DNA of 44,067 nt from a virus (Duplodnaviria > Heunggongvirae > Uroviricota > Caudoviricetes): the IMG/VR virus record IMGVR_UViG_2909303794_000010, positions 1-44,067 of that record, one strand, 5' to 3'. Made by a program: the position numbers and the translations under genes. Of this stretch, positions 1 to 9,186 are shown one piece after another. The notes below the pieces were generated by a model. That model made no database searches, had not been told where the DNA came from, and saw nothing but the letters and a program-made list of their open reading frames with translations. Each line of letters opens with the position of its first letter. Position 1 is the stretch's first letter.

Positions 1-1068
1 TCAATAAGTTGGAGTCATTACCCAAGCAGTATTAAAACCATTTTCATGGAGTATTGTTGATAATGTATGCCTAAATCCATGTCCTGTAAGTTTTCCCGCA
101 TAGCCTATGCGTTTGATAAGTTGATTAACACTTGCCTCACTCATAGGTTTGTTTGGATCATTCCGTCCCGGGAAAACATAACGATAATTTCCTGTCATAG
201 ATTTAAGTTCATTAAGAAAGCCTAATACCTGGGTCGATAAGGGTACTAGGTGCGGCCTACGCATTTTCATTCTTTCGGCAGGAATTTCCCAAATAGCGTT
301 GTCCAGATCAAACTCTTGCCATAATGCCGCTCGCAACTCGATAGTTCTAACCCCAGTAACCATCAATAATTTTGTGGCAATCTGAACAAGTCGGCTTCCT
401 GCATAACTATCTAAAGCACGCAGAAAATCAGGTATCTCATCTGATTTTAAGAAAGGAAAATGATTTGATTTGTGTACTTCGAGGGCACTGGACAGATCTG
501 CCGCAGGATTAAACTCTGCTCTTCCGGTAGCAATAGCATATCGAAAAACCTCTGAGCAACGTTGCCGCACTTTGCGCATTTTCTCCAATGCACCACGTTT
601 CTCAATTTTACGCAGCACATTTAGCAATTCTAGCGGTTTAATTTCCCCTACAGGCCTCGTCCCTACATACGGAAAAATATCATTTTGGAACGCCTCAATA
701 ATATCTGAGGCATACCCAGCAGACCATTTTGCCGACTTCATCTGATGCCACTCTCTGGCAATCTTTTCGAATGCGTTCTCAGATTGAATTCGTAATGCTA
801 ATTTTTGTTCTTTTCGAACCTCACTAGGATTTTTTCCCTCGGCCACTATTTTTCTGGCCTCATCACGGCGGGCGCGAGCTTCAGCAAGTGTGATCGTTGG
901 ATAAACACCAAGCGAGATCATTTTAGGTTTACCTGCATAGCGATAACGAAATCGCCAGCTTTTACTTCCATTTGGCTCTACAAGTAAAGACAACCCTTGC
1001 CCATCCCCAAGTGTATAGGCTTTAGCTTCAGGTTTAGCACGGCGAATCTGCATATCATTTAGGGGCAT
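1..1068 (-). CDS. P4-type tyrosine integrase, apparently C-terminally truncated (355 aa, stop at 3..1)
   Basis: N-terminus MPLNDMQIRRAKPEAKAYTLGDGQGLSLLVEP... is typical of P4-family integrases; HGFRH box present, but the ORF stops (..AWVMTPTY*) before where the second His and catalytic Tyr are expected. It lies immediately outside the left att repeat. Confidence 0.65.
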   Translation of the reverse strand: MPLNDMQIRRAKPEAKAYTLGDGQGLSLLVEPNGSKSWRFRYRYAGKPKMISLGVYPTITLAEARARRDEARKIVAEGKNPSEVRKEQKLALRIQSENAFEKIAREWHQMKSAKWSAGYASDIIEAFQNDIFPYVGTRPVGEIKPLELLNVLRKIEKRGALEKMRKVRQRCSEVFRYAIATGRAEFNPAADLSSALEVHKSNHFPFLKSDEIPDFLRALDSYAGSRLVQIATKLLMVTGVRTIELRAALWQEFDLDNAIWEIPAERMKMRRPHLVPLSTQVLGFLNELKSMTGNYRYVFPGRNDPNKPMSEASVNQLIKRIGYAGKLTGHGFRHTLSTILHENGFNTAWVMTPTY

Positions 1069-1231
1069 GTGTATAGAATTCCAAAATCGAACAGGAACAT
1101 ATACATAATCCTATACACATTTAGTACTGGATTCTACTGGAAGGTTATGGACTAACACGGACAACGATAACAAAAAATCTTTTATAAAACAGTATGCTTA
1201 TGGACAAATACGGACGTTTGAAGAAGTTGGG

Positions 1232-1278
1232 ATGGTGCCGATAATAGGAGTCGAACCTACGACCTTCGCATTACGAAT
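1232..1278. repeat. left att direct repeat: 47-bp copy of the tRNA-Thr 3' end
   Basis: Exact 47-bp identity with 42623-42669 (atggtgccgataataggagtcgaacctacgaccttcgcattacgaat); sequence diverges on both sides. Confidence 0.8.
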
Positions 1279-1854
1279 TATAAGAATCCGCTTCTAATTC
1301 AAAGCATTACCCCATCAACACTGCGCTCACACGTCCCACCACATCAAAACATGTAAAGCCTTGCAATCCATTGCGAGGCCTTATATGTCTCAGTTTTGTC
1401 CCACCTTGTATTACGACTTGCATAGCTAATGAAGATAAATGTGACGACAAACGGCGAAGCAGTCTTCTTTTCTTTCGCTGCTTCCCCACACCCAGCATGC
1501 ATACCTTTCCGTCATAACTGAAGTGAATGTCAGTTATGAGCGAGAAGCAGACATTTACTTAACTGGATAGCAAGAGACTTCATACTACAGCTCATACATC
1601 ATGGTTGAGCCAAGAGTTTTCAGTAATGGAAAGACATTGCCCACATGATCGTACCGTAACCACATTAGAAGCAGGTGCACTTTGCGAATTCTGATTGTTT
1701 CAACCTATCGGTTTTGAATTTTTTATAAAAAATATTCGCAAATTTGTGAATTATGAGAGACAAACGAGCATGGACAACCTATGTTACTTTCATACACAAT
1801 GAAGCAACATGATAAAAATACACTGACTTTAGTAAGTAAATTTAGGAGATTGCG

Positions 1855-3189
1855 ATGTTTAGCTTAATCATGGCCGGAGAACCGGACGTTTTTGACCGCT
1901 GGCCGTGTATGGATCCTAAGCTTAAAGAAGGCAAGGATAGCTTCTCGATGTCCCGCATGCTAGAAGGCACCCCAAGCGATATTTACAGTAAATTAACACC
2001 AATAAGACCTGATACCTTAAGAGAACTCGCCAAGCTACCGGTGTTGTTCATGACCGAAACTTATACAAAAGATGATGAATATGATACAAACAAGTACATC
2101 AGGATCAGGCTTGGGGAAATAAAAAATTTACATAAAGATGGTGGCGATATTTTATTTTCTTTCAAGATTAATCATGATTTTGGAGAAATAACAAACCCCC
2201 AAACGGCATTATATAAAGAAACCCTGGGACTAGGAGCTTTCGGGTTAAGTCGTACACATTGGGCAGTAAAAGATAAGGATTTGAATATTGTTCTGGAATG
2301 GCTTGGTTTAAACAAGAAAAATAACCATTCGAAAGGTACAATCAAATTAAAAAAACAAACATACCCAGTAGCCGAGAATATCATAGATTATCTTAATTTT
2401 ATTAAGAAATACCATCATGATGGTCTCATTACCTTTTATCGTGGACACTCTAAAAGCTCATATGAGCTTGTCCCCTCTCTTTACAGAAAAAATCAAAACG
2501 GGACGTACAGGCATCTTGCTTCAGAATCTGATTTAGTACGTGAAATACTCAGCGCAAGACCAAATGAATTTAAGGAGGATAAATTTACGATTGATAAACT
2601 TGTCCGCATGCAGCATTATGGCTTGCCTACGAGACTCCTAGATATTACATCTAACCCACTGATAGCATTATATTTTGCTTGCTGTTCGAACCCCGATGAA
2701 AACGGACAGGTGATTTCGTTTTCAACAAACAGAAAGAAAATTAAATATTTCGACTCAGATACAGTTAGCTGTATAGCAAACTTATCACTTTTATCTTACG
2801 ATGAGCTGGAAAAATTGTCATCCATTGATGCCAGAAAAGGTACTACAGAGGTATCTGAAATCACTGATAAACTTGCGGACCTTATACAGAATGAAAAATC
2901 ATATTTCAGAAGCAGAATAATTCCTGATGACTTAAAGAAAGTTGTTTTCCTTAAGGCTAAAATAAATAATGAACGCATACAGTCTCAGGCTGGCGCCTTT
3001 CTTCTGTTCGGACTTGATCCAATTTTGCCGGAAACAGATGCTGAGTTTCCTCTTAACAGACTCGAGATAACAAACAAAAATAAAATTCTGGAAGAGCTGG
3101 CGCAGCTTAATATATCCGAAAGCACTGTATACCCCAGCATGGAGAAAACGGCAGCGGAAATTACAAAAAAGTTTTTATCGGTATCATAA
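1855..3189 (+). CDS. FRG-domain protein (444 aa) with an unassigned N-terminal region of ~190 aa
   Basis: Motifs FYRGHS ... VRMQHYGLPTRLLDITSNPLIALYFAC match the FRG-domain signature as I recall it. RBS AGGAGA 6 nt upstream of the ATG. AT-rich. Confidence 0.6.
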   Translation: MFSLIMAGEPDVFDRWPCMDPKLKEGKDSFSMSRMLEGTPSDIYSKLTPIRPDTLRELAKLPVLFMTETYTKDDEYDTNKYIRIRLGEIKNLHKDGGDILFSFKINHDFGEITNPQTALYKETLGLGAFGLSRTHWAVKDKDLNIVLEWLGLNKKNNHSKGTIKLKKQTYPVAENIIDYLNFIKKYHHDGLITFYRGHSKSSYELVPSLYRKNQNGTYRHLASESDLVREILSARPNEFKEDKFTIDKLVRMQHYGLPTRLLDITSNPLIALYFACCSNPDENGQVISFSTNRKKIKYFDSDTVSCIANLSLLSYDELEKLSSIDARKGTTEVSEITDKLADLIQNEKSYFRSRIIPDDLKKVVFLKAKINNERIQSQAGAFLLFGLDPILPETDAEFPLNRLEITNKNKILEELAQLNISESTVYPSMEKTAAEITKKFLSVS

Positions 3190-3390
3190 AGGGATAAACT
3201 AAAGGCAACGAAAACCAAGACTGCACAGTCTTCAAGGTGGAACTACTCATCAGGGGGCGGTTTCAGACTCAGGGTGAAAAATCGGAAGCTTCAGTGGCCT
3301 TGAACCACCCCCTATAAATTAACATATCTCAATGTTATCAATGTCTGCTTTTAGCACTGAAAGGACAAGCTAACAGAGTGCAGGTCCGGT

Positions 3391-4881
3391 GTGAGTGAAA
3401 GCAATATAAATCATTTACAAACCTCAGAGGATAGAGAATTGTTTACACTATTGTCATTTAACATTACACACAAAGAAAATGAAATATATGATTGTATATT
3501 TACAGATAATCAAAGGCATATACGAAATCTTCCGTTGAGTAGTATTGTTATTGGCGAAAATGGTTCTGGTAAAAGTTATTTGCTATCTCAGATCGCAGAT
3601 TTCTTTAGATTTATTCAAAGAATCATAAGCAAAGAAAAGAAACCATATTACAAATATGAATCTGCATCAGTTTCATATTTGATTGATTCAAACTTAATCG
3701 TTATAAAAAAGGACAGAAATAAGGTTTTGTGTTTTGTTAATGATGTTCCATCTAATATATTCAATGTAATATTACCAACTAAAGTAATAGCTATGTCCTT
3801 TATGGTTAATGATAAGTTTTCTTTTTCGAGGTTCGAGGAAGACGATTTTTATGATTATCGTGGAGTTAGAGCGACGTCTAATGCTTCTTATACTAGTACA
3901 ATTAAAAGAATGATAACCAACTCATTAATATTGTCGATAGGCTATAGAGATAAACTAAAGGCGGTAAAAGATACTTTGCATTTTTTGGGCATGAGTGAAA
4001 AATTAGCTATTACTTACAATCTCAACAGGAAAACTTTATTAAAAAAACAACCACCACTTAACACCATACTAAAAAAAATAGATGCAATTTTGCGACGAAA
4101 GCAGTACGTTAATGAGAATGATCTTTATAAAATTAAAGAAAATCCAGAAGTCATACTTCATGATATAGCTGTTTTGAGCGAAGAATGCAAGGAGAAAAAT
4201 AGTAGAATACATCTTACCCTTGACCTTAGTGATGAAGGGGGAGTTGTTAAAAAATCATTATTCCAGTCTTTATCACGCTTGGAAAAATTAGAGTTTATTT
4301 CTAACCCTGACGTTGAATTCTACAAAAAAGATAATTTTTCATTTGAAGAAACTAGTTCTGGTGAAAAGAATATTATTTTTACCATTCTTAATTTAATTGC
4401 AAGCATCAAAAATAACTCATTGCTTTTAATTGATGAGCCAGAATTGAGCTTGCACCCTACCTGGCAAATGAAATACATAAATTTCATAAAGAAATCAATA
4501 GCTTATAATTTTGACTGTCACCTTATATTTGCATCACATTCACATTTTATGGTGTCGGATTTAGAATCAGAATCCTCATCACTAATATCTATAAATCAAT
4601 GTAATGGGAAAAGAATATGTGAGCACATTGAATATAGCACATATGCTTGGTCCGTAGAAAATATACTGTACAAGGTTTTTCATTTACGTACCATTAGAAA
4701 TGCTCAAGTCGAAATGGATCTTTATGAATTATCAGGTCTCATATCTCAAAAAAGCTCAGATATTAAGAGAATGGAGGAAATCCTTACGCATTTGGAAAGG
4801 ATAGTGTTAGATGTAAACGATCCCTTAAATATGATAATAGAACAAGCTAGAATCTATATTGGTGGCTACCATGATAAATAA
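3391..4881 (+). CDS. P-loop ATPase of the AAA_15/AAA_21 (OLD/ABC-like) type, Septu PtuA-like
   Basis: Walker A GENGSGKS and Walker B-like LLLIDEPELSLHP; ~496 aa; start is GTG at 3391 with a weak RBS. Confidence 0.65.
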   Translation: MSESNINHLQTSEDRELFTLLSFNITHKENEIYDCIFTDNQRHIRNLPLSSIVIGENGSGKSYLLSQIADFFRFIQRIISKEKKPYYKYESASVSYLIDSNLIVIKKDRNKVLCFVNDVPSNIFNVILPTKVIAMSFMVNDKFSFSRFEEDDFYDYRGVRATSNASYTSTIKRMITNSLILSIGYRDKLKAVKDTLHFLGMSEKLAITYNLNRKTLLKKQPPLNTILKKIDAILRRKQYVNENDLYKIKENPEVILHDIAVLSEECKEKNSRIHLTLDLSDEGGVVKKSLFQSLSRLEKLEFISNPDVEFYKKDNFSFEETSSGEKNIIFTILNLIASIKNNSLLLIDEPELSLHPTWQMKYINFIKKSIAYNFDCHLIFASHSHFMVSDLESESSSLISINQCNGKRICEHIEYSTYAWSVENILYKVFHLRTIRNAQVEMDLYELSGLISQKSSDIKRMEEILTHLERIVLDVNDPLNMIIEQARIYIGGYHDK

Positions 4882-5488
4882 AATCACTAATGACATCTAT
4901 ATGCCACCATTCATAATGAATAAGATAAACTCGTTTAAACCTTTTGTGGGTGGTAGCTGGGATAGAAAAGATAAAGCGATTATTATTTTTAAACGGTTAT
5001 TGAGAAAGCAGCTATTAACAGCACAGAATAATTGTTGTGCATACTGTGGATTACCATTAGGTGAAACAGGAAAAACAGAAATTGAACATTTGGTTGCAAA
5101 AGGTGGACCTAAAAGGCCAAAGCATATAGAATTTACTTTTGAAGTTGAAAATCTTTATTTATCATGCAATTTATGTAATAGCCCTTTGAAAAAAGGCACT
5201 AAAGAAACCCTTATTTATAAAGATCCCATCTCATACTCTAACTGTACTTTTAGTATTGTACATCCTAGATATGACACACCTAATTTGCATTATTCATGGG
5301 TTGTAAGCGCTGTAGAGGTTCTCATACAAGGAATTACCGACAAAGGTCGAGAGAGTATTAAAATGTTTAAACTTGACTCCCCCCCTCATAATGAAGCACG
5401 TGCTAGAATAGAAATGTTAAGGAGATATAAAATGCTCATTAACTCTCCACAAATTGATCAGATAAATGCAGCCCTTCGATATAATTAA
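4871..5488 (+). CDS. HNH endonuclease, Septu PtuB-like
   Basis: CCAYCG...EIEHLVAK...NLYLSCNLCN HNH/zinc-ribbon motif. The ATG at 4871 overlaps the upstream stop (ATGATAAATAA), implying translational coupling; the ORF track's 4859 start is a TTG. Confidence 0.65.
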   Translation: MINKITNDIYMPPFIMNKINSFKPFVGGSWDRKDKAIIIFKRLLRKQLLTAQNNCCAYCGLPLGETGKTEIEHLVAKGGPKRPKHIEFTFEVENLYLSCNLCNSPLKKGTKETLIYKDPISYSNCTFSIVHPRYDTPNLHYSWVVSAVEVLIQGITDKGRESIKMFKLDSPPHNEARARIEMLRRYKMLINSPQIDQINAALRYN

Positions 5489-5491
5489 CAA

Positions 5492-5519
5492 ATGAAGCCA
5501 CTGCAATAGGTGGCTTCAT
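5492..5519 (+). terminator. candidate intrinsic terminator after the HNH gene
   Basis: 10-bp inverted repeat atgaagccac / gtggcttcat with an 8-nt loop, followed by a short T-containing tract. Confidence 0.45.
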
Positions 5520-5822
5520 TTAAATTCATCAGGTAAATATTGTTATCCTAAATAAATCTGGCAGCTATCAATGTTGAATACATTGATAGGCAGGTTCAGT
5601 TGATTGTGTTAATTATGTTTTTTCAGTCAAACGTCCTCTCTTGGTACATAGCAATCCAAGAGACAGTGGCGTAAAGTCATAGATGGCCGGTGGGAGGTGG
5701 TGGAAATCCTCTCATGCAAAAAATACATAAAATCGATAACGGCTGGAAATCATTCAATACTCGCACTATCGGAAATTCACCAGCCAACCGTGGCACGTTC
5801 TTGCATACGACGTGCTACGGTT

Positions 5823-6377
5823 TCATTTATCTCCGTTCGGAAACTTCTTATACAGTGTCGATATACCAACATCATAGATGATCGCCACCTTCTGGCGAGG
5901 AACGCCTGATGCAATTAATCGCCCGGCCTGCGCCCATTGTTCTGGTGTAAGTTTGGGACGACGTCCACCAATTCGTCCCTGTGCGCGAGCAGCTTCCAGT
6001 CCAGCTTTTGTTCGTTCAACAATCAGTTCACGCTCCATTTCAGCCAGGGCCCCCATCACATGAAAGAAAAAGCGCCCCATTGGGGTACTGGTATCAATTG
6101 AATCCGTCAGACTACGAAAGTTAATGCCTCGTTCGCGCAACCCCTCCACCAGCACGACAAGATGCCGCATACTGCGCCCCAGTCGGTCCAGTTTCCAGAC
6201 CACCAGCGTGTCACCTGCCGATAATGTCCTGAGCAGTTTTTTCAGTCCTGGTCTGTCGGACTTAGTGCCACTGATCTTATCTTCAAAAATCAGCTCACAT
6301 CCTGCACACTCCAGCGCATTACGCTGCAATTCCGTATTCTGGTCATTTGTTGATACGCGGACATAGCCAATAAGCAT
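5823..6377 (-). CDS. serine DNA invertase of the Gin/Pin/Hin family
   Basis: MLIGYVRVSTNDQ...LVVWKLDRLGRSM...GRFFFHVMGALAEMERELI matches Mu Gin closely from memory. Start taken at the MLIGYV Met with AGGGGA RBS; the ORF track start at 6422 is probably too long. Confidence 0.9.
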   Translation of the reverse strand: MLIGYVRVSTNDQNTELQRNALECAGCELIFEDKISGTKSDRPGLKKLLRTLSAGDTLVVWKLDRLGRSMRHLVVLVEGLRERGINFRSLTDSIDTSTPMGRFFFHVMGALAEMERELIVERTKAGLEAARAQGRIGGRRPKLTPEQWAQAGRLIASGVPRQKVAIIYDVGISTLYKKFPNGDK

Positions 6378-6434
6378 GAGCATTCCCCTGAGTAAAAACC
6401 GGGGATGATGCCAGTTAGCCATAATCTCTGCATT

Positions 6435-6460
6435 TTCTTAAACGTTGGTTTGGGAGAAGG
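6435..6460. repeat. gix-like inversion crossover site (left)
   Basis: ttcttaaacgttggtttgggagaagg is an inverted copy of 8303-8328 (13-bp perfect core ggtttgggagaag); it sits ~60 bp from the invertase start and inside the tail-fibre reading frames. Confidence 0.7.
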
Positions 6461-6896
6461 CTCTGCATTACCTGTTGGTGTCCCTGTTCCGTGGCCTTCA
6501 GCTACGCCGCCAACAGGCTGGCTGAAATGCAATGGCGCTGCCTTTGATAAGGTTAAATATCCCCGTCTTGCTACAGCATATCCATCAGGGAAACTACCTG
6601 ATCTCCGCGGTGAGTTTATTCGTGGCTGGGATGATGGGCGCGGCATTGATACAGGGCGTGCTTTATTGAGTATTCAGAGTGATGAAGTCAGAAAGCTCGC
6701 ATTAAAATACTGGGGACCAGCTTCAAACAGTTCACCATCAAAAACATTTGCACTCAGCGACAGTGCCGGTGGCGGGTTGTACACGGATGGAATAAGTCAG
6801 GCAAGCGGTGGGATTATCAACGCTTTTCAGCTCCCTGGCGGTAACGAAACCCGCCCACGAAATGTTGCATTTAACTATATCGTGAGGGCTGCATAA
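6435..6896 (+). CDS. alternative tail-fibre C-terminal segment (silent orientation; needs inversion to fuse to the constant N-terminal part)
   Basis: Tail-collar-like motif LPVGVPVPWPSATPPTGWLKCNGAAF...LPDLRGEFIRGWD; shares the N(V/L)GLGE junction with the expressed fibre at the crossover site. Confidence 0.6.
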   Translation, partial: FLNVGLGEGSALPVGVPVPWPSATPPTGWLKCNGAAFDKVKYPRLATAYPSGKLPDLRGEFIRGWDDGRGIDTGRALLSIQSDEVRKLALKYWGPASNSSPSKTFALSDSAGGGLYTDGISQASGGIINAFQLPGGNETRPRNVAFNYIVRAA

Positions 6897-7498
6897 TGGA
6901 TAATGCTGTATTAAATAGCGAGTTTATTGCCACGAAGGCGGGGAATATTACCGTCTATAACTATGATAGTGAAACACGGGAATATATTTCCACATCAACT
7001 GAATATCTTGCTGTGGGGGTCGGTATTCCAGCATGTTCCTGTCTTGATGCACCTGGCATACATAAGGTTGGTTATGCAATCTGTCGTTCTGTGAATTTAA
7101 ATTCATGGGAATATGTGCCAGACCATCGCGGTGAAATCGTCTATAGCACAGAAACAGGAGAATCAAAAGAAATCACAGCTCCGGGTGATTACCCTGAAAA
7201 TACAACCACTATCGCCCCTTTATCTCCATACGATAAATGGGATGGTGAGAAATGGGTGACCGATACTGAGGCACAGCATAGCGCCGCAGTCGAAGCGGCA
7301 GAAGCACAGCGCCAGTCGCTGATTGATGCTGCTATGGCTTCCATCAGTCTGATTCAACTGAAATTGCAGGCCGGACGGAAACTGACGCAGGCAGAAACAA
7401 CCCGACTTAACGCCGTGCTGGATTACACTGACGCGGTGACGGCAACAGATACCAGCACCGCGCCGGATGTCATCTGGCCTGAACTGCCGGAGGCGTAG
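6896..7498 (+). CDS. tail fibre assembly chaperone (alternative copy)
   Basis: C-terminal ...TSTAPDVIWPELPEA typical of Tfa proteins; follows the alternative fibre segment. Confidence 0.7.
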   Translation: MDNAVLNSEFIATKAGNITVYNYDSETREYISTSTEYLAVGVGIPACSCLDAPGIHKVGYAICRSVNLNSWEYVPDHRGEIVYSTETGESKEITAPGDYPENTTTIAPLSPYDKWDGEKWVTDTEAQHSAAVEAAEAQRQSLIDAAMASISLIQLKLQAGRKLTQAETTRLNAVLDYTDAVTATDTSTAPDVIWPELPEA

Positions 7499-7913
7499 GC
7501 CATTCAATATCGGGGGCTGTTGAAGTATCAACACGCATCAGCAGCACACGGTATTTCTTCCATTGGGTGAGAGTTGAAGTTTCTTCATCAGTTGCAATGC
7601 CCGCATCAACAGCATCCTGACGCCAGGATATTTCACTGTCAGCTTTTGCACGAAATGTGGCTTTCATGTTTTCTGCATCTGATATTTTCTGTTCTGGTGA
7701 AAGCGGCGGCTCATCAACCCATGCAAGGGCCCCTGAAACCATTCCCAGCATTTTTCCTGTTGGCTTATTTCCCCCATTAAATCTGACAGCATCCTCATCG
7801 CTGATTTCAATACCATCCTGCGGCCATGTCCCCTCCTTGATATAACTTTCGTATAGCGCTGCGTTGTAGATTGCATTTTCGGAAGGGCTGTAAACACTTT
7901 TAACTTTATTCAT
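7470..7913 (-). CDS. tail fibre assembly chaperone
   Basis: C-terminal ...TSTAPDIEWPTPP; convergent with and overlapping the alternative copy, as in Mu/P1 invertible segments. Confidence 0.7.
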   Translation of the reverse strand: MNKVKSVYSPSENAIYNAALYESYIKEGTWPQDGIEISDEDAVRFNGGNKPTGKMLGMVSGALAWVDEPPLSPEQKISDAENMKATFRAKADSEISWRQDAVDAGIATDEETSTLTQWKKYRVLLMRVDTSTAPDIEWPTPPAVQAR

Positions 7914-7917
7914 TCTG

Positions 7918-8598
7918 TTATCTCCCTTTCGCTATATAGCAAAGATTAAACCCACCGCTACCTGACATACGGGCTGTAAAACCCGTTCTTGAAGTACCAG
8001 TTGAGTTAACTCCATAAGCAGGCATGGTTGTTGGAGAAAGCAGAGACTCCTGGATATCTGCCATTGTCAGTGTAATTGATTCGACCCGCGCGGGGAAAGG
8101 TAGCGGGAAAACAACATTCGTCCCTGTCTGTCCAACGGGGAAACCGAAAATACCCCATTGTGTAATTACCCCATCCGGCCCCTTACTCCATCCAGATTTA
8201 GGATTCGGCCAGTCTGCTGCTCCAGAGTGCCCCGTTGTAAAACTACTCATATCTGGTACTTGCCCGGTATCCGTTCCGACGTTCCTCGTTGCCGCTTCTC
8301 CCAAACCAAGGTTTTCGAGAGCCGTTTTCACCGTGCCGTCCGATTTGATATCGCCAAACGGATTCTTGCGGCTTAACAGCAGCGCACGAAGCGCGGTAAG
8401 CAGCTGGTCATGCCGCCCCTTCTCCAGGCTGGCACCGGACGCCTCCACCACGCTACAAAGTTCTTCCTGCAACATATCAAAATAGTCATCATCCAGATCG
8501 GTGGCAGGTGTGCCGGTCTGGGGGTTACCACGGGTAAAACCGTTCTTACCCGCGCCGAACTTATCCTTCTGCGCGGTTTTCGTGTCTATGCGATGCAT
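7918..8598 (-). CDS. tail fibre protein (constant N-terminal part plus currently joined variable C-terminal part)
   Basis: Position after the baseplate genes; the crossover site lies in frame at residues ~94-101 (LENLGLGE). Confidence 0.7.
   Translation of the reverse strand: MHRIDTKTAQKDKFGAGKNGFTRGNPQTGTPATDLDDDYFDMLQEELCSVVEASGASLEKGRHDQLLTALRALLLSRKNPFGDIKSDGTVKTALENLGLGEAATRNVGTDTGQVPDMSSFTTGHSGAADWPNPKSGWSKGPDGVITQWGIFGFPVGQTGTNVVFPLPFPARVESITLTMADIQESLLSPTTMPAYGVNSTGTSRTGFTARMSGSGGFNLCYIAKGR
8303..8328. repeat. gix-like inversion crossover site (right)
   Basis: Inverted copy of 6435-6460. Confidence 0.7.
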
Positions 8599-8601
8599 GG
8601 A

Positions 8602-9186
8602 TTACTCCGGATATTTAAAAATTACGTAGGTATGCGACGGACAGAGTTTGTTAAGCACACATTCGACGACGGTGTCGCCCCAGATACGCAGTGCGGAATC
8701 ACAGGGATCACCACATGTCATCCAGGTGGTGTTGGTGGCGGATGGCATGTTGACCTGCCAGTAATACCGCCATTCCGGCGCATTCACCGCGTCAGTACAG
8801 GCCGATGAGCAGGTGAACGTGCTTTTGTCGTATCGCGTGATGGTGGCGTCTGGTCTGCCCAGGGCAGCAAGCTGTGCAAGGTAAAAATCCTCATTGATGC
8901 CGCCCGCCAGGTTAACCTTCGCATCCAGCCGTTGCTGACGCTGGCGAAGGGTCTGCGTCCCTGCGGGAATACATTCATCCGGCAGGCCGCACAGACGCTC
9001 CCAGCGATTTATCAGTTCAGTGGTGGTACGCGGATCCAGCTCCCGCATCAGGGCATCCGCACGCTGATGAACACGGGTTAATGACGGTGCCGCACCGGCA
9101 ATCGCCGGATCGCTGGCTGACCATGCCGGACCGGGCGGCAACAGTGCCGATAACAGGCGGATGTAATCATCGTTTGTCACGTCCAT
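8602..9186 (-). CDS. baseplate/tail protein (P2 gpI-like, Mu gp48-like)
   Basis: Position between the baseplate J-like gene and the tail fibre; family assignment from memory. Confidence 0.55.
   Translation of the reverse strand: MDVTNDDYIRLLSALLPPGPAWSASDPAIAGAAPSLTRVHQRADALMRELDPRTTTELINRWERLCGLPDECIPAGTQTLRQRQQRLDAKVNLAGGINEDFYLAQLAALGRPDATITRYDKSTFTCSSACTDAVNAPEWRYYWQVNMPSATNTTWMTCGDPCDSALRIWGDTVVECVLNKLCPSHTYVIFKYPE

Noticed and set aside
470-987. Plus-strand ORFs (91 aa, 60 aa) inside the P4-type integrase region
   Set aside because: Antisense to a gene with clear integrase motifs; no RBS; likely spurious.
1279-1854. Possible gene or small RNA in the AT-rich spacer between the left att repeat and the FRG gene (ORF 1307-1498)
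   Set aside because: Only a short ORF without RBS or motifs; more likely phage attP-arm and promoter sequence. Not supported as a feature.
3190-3390. Retron-type msr/msd ncRNA upstream of the ATPase/HNH pair (retron-Septu arrangement)
   Set aside because: No reverse transcriptase ORF in or near the cluster; the upstream gene is an FRG-domain protein with no RT motifs.
8024-8485. Long plus-strand ORFs antisense to the tail and head genes (for example 8024-8485, 16535-16951, 17945-18535, 18625-19122, 22440-22949, 24365-24763)
   Set aside because: They lie entirely inside well-supported minus-strand structural genes in a GC-rich region where long shadow ORFs are expected; translations are Arg/Pro/Cys-rich and low-complexity.
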